Assembly: GCA_031459535.1 (NCBI GenBank)
Contig: JAVKIJ010000082.1
Span: forward strand, 1 to 12,924
Reading direction: 5' to 3'
DNA length: 12,924 nucleotides
Source: Candidatus Fervidifonticultor quintus
GTDB taxonomy: Bacteria > Sysuimicrobiota > Sysuimicrobiia > Sysuimicrobiales > Humicultoraceae
Notes under the pieces: generated by a model
The model's input: the letters and a program-made list of their open reading frames with translations, nothing else
What the model was told of the DNA's origin: nothing
The model's database searches: none
In this document: positions 7,959-12,924 of the stretch, piece after piece
How the letters are laid out: the number at the start of each line of letters is the position of its first letter
How positions within the stretch are numbered: position 1 is the stretch's first letter
Translations under genes and position numbers: made by a program

Positions 7959-8072
7959 CGCTCCCCTTCCCTGTCATCGGCGGAATTTTCGCTGATTGCA
8001 GGGCAGTCCAGCAGGTGCCGGGCCGTAGAAGACTAACGATTCCACTGAAACCATCAGGGGGAGGGAGTGACC

Positions 8073-8486
8073 ATGCCCGATACGGTGCGTCTAGTGGACT
8101 ACTACTACGTGATGACCAGTGACAAGCCAGGCGAGGGCGCTCGCATGCTGAGCCACCTCAGTGAGGCCGGTGTCAACCTCATGGCGGTCCACGGCTTCCC
8201 GAGCGGGCGGCGCGCACAGATCGACTTCGTGCCTTCGGATGCGGCCGCGTTCAAGGCCGCGGCACGGAAGGCCGGGTGGAAGCTCGTCGGACCCAAGAAG
8301 GCGTTCGTCATCGAGGGCGACGATCGCGTCGGCGCGCTCGTGGACTACTTCACGAAACTCTCGGCGGCGAAGATCAACGTGACCGCCTCGTCTGCGGTTG
8401 CCGCTGGCATGGGACGGTTCGGCGCCATTCTCTGGGTCAAGGCGCGCGACGTGAAGCGCGCGGCCAAGGCCCTGGGCGTCGGCTGA
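8073..8486 (+). CDS. Stand-alone tandem ACT-like domain protein (about 137 aa)
   Basis: Two ACT-like repeats: YVMTSDKPGEGARMLSHLSEAGVNL and VIEGDDRVGALVDYFTKLSAAKINV. Natural protein composition; strong SD GGGGAGGGAG. GTG 8067 is an alternative start. Confidence 0.8.
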   Translation: MPDTVRLVDYYYVMTSDKPGEGARMLSHLSEAGVNLMAVHGFPSGRRAQIDFVPSDAAAFKAAARKAGWKLVGPKKAFVIEGDDRVGALVDYFTKLSAAKINVTASSAVAAGMGRFGAILWVKARDVKRAAKALGVG

Positions 8487-8513
8487 CGGCGCGCCGCCTG
8501 CGGCGCCCGTCAG
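8483..8513. terminator. Hairpin spanning the convergent ACT gene/rnhB junction; possible bidirectional terminator
   Basis: CTGACGG-C-GCGCCG [CCTG] CGGCGC-CCGTCAG: 13 bp with a single bulge, including both stop codons. No U tract. Confidence 0.55.
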
Positions 8514-9298
8514 TTCGGCAACAGCACCTGCTGGCGGAGATCGGCGGGCAGGAACGCCCTCCGATGCGCGGGCGATGGGCCCAGCCTCCGGAGGGCGTTC
8601 AAGTGCTCGGCGGTGGCGTACCCCTTGTGCCGTCGGAAGCCATACCCCGGGAAGCGCCGGTCGAGATCGATCATCATCCGGTCCCGGGTAACCTTGGCGA
8701 CGATCGACGCGGCGGCAATCGACGCGCACGTTGCGTCGCCCCGCACGATGGTCACCTGCGGGGTGGGCATGGACGCCCGCACGTTGCCGTCGAGCAGCAC
8801 CAGCGCCGGGCGACGAGGCAACGAGGCAATGGCTCGACCCCAGGCGCGGGCCGTGGCGCCCAGGATGTTGTACCGGTCGATCTCCTCCACATCGGCGGTG
8901 CCAACGCCGATCCAGGCGCCGGCTGCCGCGATGGCATCGTACAGCGCTTCGCGTTCCCCCGGCCGCAGCTTCTTGGAGTCGTTCAACCCGCGGATCGGCT
9001 GGATCTCCGGGAACACCACCGCGGCCGCCACCACCGGACCGGCCAGCGGTCCTCGTCCGGCCTCGTCCACACCGGCCACGGGCGAGATGCCGGCGATCCA
9101 GGCCTCGCGCTCGCGGGCAAACATGGCCACGACGCGGCGTACCTCGGCCTCCAGACGATGCTGGCGCCGCCGCCAGCGCTCCGCCAGGGCCCGGGCCCCT
9201 GCCCGGGGATCACCAGCCAGATCGGCAGGGTCCAGTGCTCCGGCCCGCAGCGCGGCCGCCAGCGCCGCAAGCGTCGGTCGGCCAGCCGGTTGGGTCAT
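8510..9298 (-). CDS. rnhB: Ribonuclease HII with N-terminal helical extension
   Basis: Motifs AGVDEAGRGPLAGPVVAAAV, LNDSKKL, EEIDRYNI, LLDG, GDATCASIAAASIVAKVTRD, HKGYATAEH and HRRAF. Confidence 0.97.
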   Translation of the reverse strand: MTQPAGRPTLAALAAALRAGALDPADLAGDPRAGARALAERWRRRQHRLEAEVRRVVAMFAREREAWIAGISPVAGVDEAGRGPLAGPVVAAAVVFPEIQPIRGLNDSKKLRPGEREALYDAIAAAGAWIGVGTADVEEIDRYNILGATARAWGRAIASLPRRPALVLLDGNVRASMPTPQVTIVRGDATCASIAAASIVAKVTRDRMMIDLDRRFPGYGFRRHKGYATAEHLNALRRLGPSPAHRRAFLPADLRQQVLLPN

Positions 9299-9322
9299 CG
9301 CCGATGCTCCGCGACGGGCCAG

Positions 9323-9982
9323 TCAACGCGGCAGGCCGATCCGGTCGGGCGGCCAGTACACCGCCAGCGCGCGGCCGACGATGTTCTTGATGGGCACGAA
9401 CCCGAAGAAGCGGCTGTCCTCGCTGTTGCACCGGTTGTCGCCCAGCACGAACACCGATCCCCTGGGCACGAGCTCGGGGCCATAGTTGCTGGCGCACGCC
9501 CGGTCGCCGCCTGGCAGCGCGGTAGGATAGACCTCGTGCAGCGGGCGGCCGTTGATGCGCACCAAGCCGTCCTTGATCTCGACGCGGTCCCCGGGGAGGC
9601 CCACCACGCGTTTGACGAAGTCCTTGTTGGGATTGAGCGGATAACGGAACACGATGATGTCGCCGCGCCGTACGGGCCACAGCCTGTAGACGAACTTCCC
9701 CACCAGAATCCGATCCCCCGTGCGCAGGGTGGGTTCCATGGAGCCTGAGGGAATGAAGAACGCCTGCACGACGAACACGATGATGACCAGCGACAGCAGC
9801 GCTGCAAAGATGGTGGCGTCCAGGGTCTCGACGACCGACGCCCGGATGGACGGAGACAGCCGGTAGCTCCGGCGCACGAGCGTCCTCAGCAGGAACAGGA
9901 TAGCCGCCACGCCCGCGATCAGCGTGGGGATCCCAAACGGGAGGCGTTCGGTCCAGCTCAGAACATCCCGAAACAGAGCCAC
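9323..9982 (-). CDS. lepB: Signal peptidase I
   Basis: FFIPSGSMEPTL (catalytic Ser), DFVKRVVGLPGD (catalytic Lys) and GDNRCNSEDSRFFG, with two hydrophobic N-terminal segments. The GTG start is plausible but not certain. Confidence 0.95.
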   Translation of the reverse strand: MALFRDVLSWTERLPFGIPTLIAGVAAILFLLRTLVRRSYRLSPSIRASVVETLDATIFAALLSLVIIVFVVQAFFIPSGSMEPTLRTGDRILVGKFVYRLWPVRRGDIIVFRYPLNPNKDFVKRVVGLPGDRVEIKDGLVRINGRPLHEVYPTALPGGDRACASNYGPELVPRGSVFVLGDNRCNSEDSRFFGFVPIKNIVGRALAVYWPPDRIGLPR

Positions 9983-9991
9983 GACGACCGC

Positions 9992-10333
9992 TTAGCGCTC
10001 TTCCTTGACGCGCGTCTCCTTGCCGATCTTGCCCCGCAGGTAGTGCAGTTTCGCACGGCGGACGCGTCCACGCCGGATCACGTCGATCTTCTCCACCCGC
10101 GGCGAGTGCAGCGGAAAGATGCGCTCGACCCCGATGCCGTGGCTGAGCCGCCGGACAGTGAACGACTCCTGGACCCCGGCTCCGCGGCGCGCGATCACGG
10201 TGCCCTCGAAGGCCTGCAGACGCTCGCGGCCGCCTTCGGTCACCTTGATGTGCACACGCACGGTATCACCGGGGTTGAACTCCGGAATCTTCTTCCTGAG
10301 CTGCGCCGCCCCGACCAGCTGCACCTTGTCCAT
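9992..10333 (-). CDS. rplS: 50S ribosomal protein L19
   Basis: Motifs [44 protein letters not shown] and [13 protein letters not shown] at 10333 is preceded by GGGAGG. Confidence 0.98.
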   Translation of the reverse strand: MDKVQLVGAAQLRKKIPEFNPGDTVRVHIKVTEGGRERLQAFEGTVIARRGAGVQESFTVRRLSHGIGVERIFPLHSPRVEKIDVIRRGRVRRAKLHYLRGKIGKETRVKEER

Positions 10334-10384
10334 CCCCGTTCGCCTCCCGACCGACTGCGGCCGGCGCCGCAATCACGATTTGGA

Positions 10385-10395
10385 ATTCTAGCACA
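10385..10395 (-). promoter_or_regulatory. Putative extended -10 housekeeping-sigma promoter for rplS-lepB-rnhB
   Basis: Minus strand reads TGTGCTAGAAT (TRTG-n-TAGAAT), an AT-rich patch in GC-rich DNA about 50 nt upstream of the rplS start. No clear -35. Confidence 0.6.
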
Positions 10396-10466
10396 GCCCC
10401 CCCAGCGGAACCAGCGCCCCGACCCGGTGGGCGCGAGCCGCCGAGTCGCTGCCGCGCGCCACCCAC

Positions 10467-11198
10467 TCACGCCTCTGGCTCCTCGCCCCGGAGGACGGCG
10501 CGCTCCTCTGCGGTGAGCCTGTCCCAGGCCAGCAGATCGGGCCGCCGGGCCAGCGTCCGGCGCAACTGTGCTCGACGCCGCCACCGCCGGATCTGCTCGT
10601 GGTGCCCCGAGAGCAGGACCTCGGGCACGCGCATGCCGCGGAACTCCGCCGGCCGGGTGTAGTGTGGGTAGTCCAACAACCCGCTGGTGAAGGAGTCTGC
10701 CTCCACGGACTGCTCGTCCCCCACCACGCCCGGGATGAGGCGAGCCGTCGCCTCCACGATCACCATCGCGGCCAGCTCGCCCCCGGCAAGGACGTAGTCG
10801 CCGATCGAGACCTCCTCGGCGCCCAGGCCCGTCATCACCCGCTCGTCCACCCCCTCGTAGCGCCCGCACAGGAGGACCAGGTGCGCTTCCCGGGCCAGTT
10901 CCTCGGCGAACCGCTGGTCGAACCGTCGGCCCTGGGGCGACGTCAGCAGGATCCGCGGCCGTCCTGGCGCTCGAGCGGCGATGGCCTCGGCGGCCGCAAA
11001 GAAGGGCTCGGGCTTCATCACCATGCCGGGCCCGCCGCCGAAGGGAACATCGTCCACCTGTCGGTGCCGATCGGTCGCAAAGTCCCGTAGGTTCCACACG
11101 TGGATGTCCAGGAGGCCGCGTTCCTGGGCGCGCGCCAGCAGGGATACCTTCAGGGCACCCAGAGCTTCGGGGAAGATCGTGACGATGTCAATGCGCAC
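10467..11198 (-). CDS. trmD: tRNA (guanine37-N1)-methyltransferase
   Basis: Motifs [66 protein letters not shown] and [13 protein letters not shown] start at 11198 is preceded by GGAGGAG. Confidence 0.97.
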   Translation of the reverse strand: MRIDIVTIFPEALGALKVSLLARAQERGLLDIHVWNLRDFATDRHRQVDDVPFGGGPGMVMKPEPFFAAAEAIAARAPGRPRILLTSPQGRRFDQRFAEELAREAHLVLLCGRYEGVDERVMTGLGAEEVSIGDYVLAGGELAAMVIVEATARLIPGVVGDEQSVEADSFTSGLLDYPHYTRPAEFRGMRVPEVLLSGHHEQIRRWRRRAQLRRTLARRPDLLAWDRLTAEERAVLRGEEPEA

Positions 11199-11769
11199 GG
11201 CGCGGCTCCTCCAGGCCCTTCGGAAGCTCGACGGTGATCTCCCCGGCCGCGCGGTCCACGCGGCGGACCACCTGCCGGACTGCGGGGATGAGCACCGTCC
11301 GTCCTTCGCCCTCCACCACGTAGATGTCGTGCGCTGGCCCGCGGAGGATCTCGGTGACGACACCGAGCACCCGGCCGCTGCTCGTCCGGGCGGTCAGGCC
11401 CATGAGCTCGAACACATAGTACTCGTCCGCCCCAAGCGGAACGACCGCCTCTCGCGGCACCGCCACGGCCGCGCCGCGCAGCCTCCTGGCCGCCTCGGGG
11501 TCGCCGACCCCTTCGATGGTGAGCAGCACCCCGCCGCGGTGCGGCCGGTACCCGGCTATGGTCACCGCCTGCACCCGGCCCCGGTGCACCAAGTATGCCG
11601 TGCGCAACCCCGCAAACCGCTGTGGGAAGTCGGTCTCCAGCACCACCCGCAGCTCACCCCGCAGCCCGTGCGGCGCCGCCACCCGACCGATGGTAATCAG
11701 ATCCGCCGTAGCAAGGCTGGCGCCACCCGCGGGAGGATCAGGCTTCCCGGATCTCGAGGATGATCCCAT
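11188..11769 (-). CDS. rimM: Ribosome maturation factor RimM
   Basis: Motifs [37 protein letters not shown] and VLIPAV; canonical position before trmD. Start is uncertain (low-complexity N-terminus overlapping ylqD). Confidence 0.93.
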   Translation of the reverse strand: MGSSSRSGKPDPPAGGASLATADLITIGRVAAPHGLRGELRVVLETDFPQRFAGLRTAYLVHRGRVQAVTIAGYRPHRGGVLLTIEGVGDPEAARRLRGAAVAVPREAVVPLGADEYYVFELMGLTARTSSGRVLGVVTEILRGPAHDIYVVEGEGRTVLIPAVRQVVRRVDRAAGEITVELPKGLEEPRRAH

Positions 11770-12142
11770 CCTTGATGACCACCTCAGCCCTCGCCATGCG
11801 GGTGAAGAAGTTGTCGCCGACGTTGAGTTCGATCAGGCTCTCGACCGTGCCTTGCGAGAACTCCGCGTTGAGCTCCAGGGCCTCGGCTTCCTTGATGCGG
11901 GCCTGGAGCTCCATGCGTGCGGCTTCCTGCCGTGAGCGCTCCACCTCGAGCTGCTGCCGGAAGACCCGCACCTGAGGCGTGATCTGCCGTTCGAGTTCCG
12001 CACGGCGGATCTGGGTGTCGATCTGGGTGATGACCGCGTCCAGCCGCCTGACGGTATCCTCCAGTTCGCTGATGTACTGCCTCTTGAAGCTCTCGGTCAC
12101 GATGGCCTTGACGACTACGGGCCGGACGACGGTGATCCCCAT
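11738..12142 (-). CDS. ylqD: YlqD family protein
   Basis: ITVVRPVVVKAIVTESFK N-terminus, a central coiled coil and QGTVES...VGD...[14 protein letters not shown]-terminus. Lies between khpA and rimM as in Bacillus; SD GGAGG. Confidence 0.88.
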   Translation of the reverse strand: MGITVVRPVVVKAIVTESFKRQYISELEDTVRRLDAVITQIDTQIRRAELERQITPQVRVFRQQLEVERSRQEAARMELQARIKEAEALELNAEFSQGTVESLIELNVGDNFFTRMARAEVVIKDGIILEIREA

Positions 12143-12151
12143 GCAGGCCTC

Positions 12152-12397
12152 CTATTGAACGATCTCCAGCACGACGCGACGGCCGCCCTCGCCAGCCGCC
12201 GCCCTAACCAGCGTACGGATCGCGCCCACGATGCGACCACGCCGGCCGATGACCTTGCCCACATCGTCGGGCGCCACGCGCACCTCGATGACCACCATCC
12301 GGTCGCGCTCCGACGTCCGCACGCTGACCACCTCGGGACGCTCCACCAGCGCCTTGACGAGAAACTCCGCCAGCGCCCGCACATCCGCCGCAGGCAT
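12152..12397 (-). CDS. khpA: KH-domain RNA-binding protein KhpA (YlqC/UPF0109)
   Basis: LVKALVERPEVV and VAPDDVGKVIGRRGRIVGAIRTLV (GxxG loop); directly after rpsP. Confidence 0.95.
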   Translation of the reverse strand: MPAADVRALAEFLVKALVERPEVVSVRTSERDRMVVIEVRVAPDDVGKVIGRRGRIVGAIRTLVRAAAGEGGRRVVLEIVQ

Positions 12398-12406
12398 GGT
12401 CGCCGC

Positions 12407-12682
12407 CTACGCTTTAACGCCGCGGCCCGCTTCCCAGCGCTGCAGGATGCCGGCCTTCTCCAGCAGGACGCGCGCCGCGTCTGACGGACGTGCCCCGCGG
12501 TCGAGCCAGGTGCGTGCCCTGGGCTCGTCAATTTCAATGACCGAGGGTTCGGTCCGCGGATTGTAGTACCCCAGAGCCTCAAGGTACCGGCCCCCGCGGG
12601 GCATGCGTGAGTCGGCCACGACCACCCGGTAGAACGGCTGTTGCTTTCCCCCCATGCGCATCAGGCGGATCTTGACGGCCAT
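12407..12682 (-). CDS. rpsP: 30S ribosomal protein S16
   Basis: [32 protein letters not shown] and GARPSD. SD AGGAGG lies within the ffh 3' end. Confidence 0.98.
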   Translation of the reverse strand: MAVKIRLMRMGGKQQPFYRVVVADSRMPRGGRYLEALGYYNPRTEPSVIEIDEPRARTWLDRGARPSDAARVLLEKAGILQRWEAGRGVKA

Positions 12683-12686
12683 GCTT

Positions 12687-12924
12687 CTACCTCCTCGGGA
12701 AGAATCGGCCGAAGCGACCGCGCTCGTCCACGTGCCGCATCAGCCGGCGAACCTGGTCGAACTGCTTGAGCAGCCGGTTCACGTCCTGCACGCTGGTCCC
12801 GCTGCCGGACGCGATGCGTCGACGCCGGCTACCGTCAATGATCGCCGGCTGCTCCCGTTCTTCCGGCGTCATGGACTGTATCATGGCCTCGATGCGTTTC
12901 AACTGCCTCTCATCCACGGAGATC
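12687..12924 (-). CDS. ffh: Signal recognition particle protein Ffh, C-terminal M domain (partial)
   Basis: [23 protein letters not shown] and [11 protein letters not shown]. The frame is open to the window edge. Confidence 0.96.
   Translation of the reverse strand, partial: ISVDERQLKRIEAMIQSMTPEEREQPAIIDGSRRRRIASGSGTSVQDVNRLLKQFDQVRRLMRHVDERGRFGRFFPRR

Noticed and set aside
7536-8036. Plus-strand ORFs over yraN
   Set aside because: The minus-strand frame carries all YraN motifs; these are antisense shadows.
7959-8072. Sigma70 promoters or a known riboswitch in the yraN/ACT divergent spacer
   Set aside because: Candidate hexamers (TTGCAG, TAGAAG, GAAAAT) do not show correct spacing, and no recognisable aptamer consensus was found.
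8276-9748. 490-aa plus-strand ORF and the overlapping 8613-9485 ORF
   Set aside because: Antisense to rnhB and lepB, Arg/Gly/His-rich low-information translation, no SD or domain.
10403-10412. GGTTCCGCTG on the minus strand, reminiscent of the Firmicutes L19 leader core
   Set aside because: It lies upstream of the putative -10 and I found no convincing matching 3' arm; a short match is expected by chance.
1-12924. CRISPR array, tRNA/rRNA, IS or prophage, pseudogenes
   Set aside because: No regularly spaced repeats, transposase or integrase were seen; intergenic spaces are short and all recognised genes have intact frames.

Overview
Very GC-rich bacterial chromosome segment (roughly 70% GC by eye) with two convergent housekeeping blocks. 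On the + strand (1-7481) is a tightly coupled heme operon of the coproporphyrin-dependent type: 'hemC-hemD-hemB-chdC(hemQ)-radical SAM/SPASM protein-hemE-cpfC(hemH)-cgoX(hemY). On the - strand (12924-7557) is the conserved translation cluster 'ffh-rpsP-khpA-ylqD-rimM-trmD-rplS-lepB-rnhB ... yraN. A small tandem-ACT-domain gene sits in the opposite orientation between rnhB and yraN. The most interesting element is the AhbD/NirJ-like radical SAM gene with a degenerate SPASM domain, translationally coupled between chdC and hemE; it may be a second, peroxide-independent coproheme decarboxylase or an enzyme for another heme-pathway step. Secondary points are the inserted ACT gene, two similar CTGAC...GTCAG hairpins at the convergent junctions, and an internal extended -10 promoter plus leader hairpin before rplS. 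No mobile element, CRISPR array, tRNA or rRNA was seen. All family assignments come from motif recognition, not database searches.
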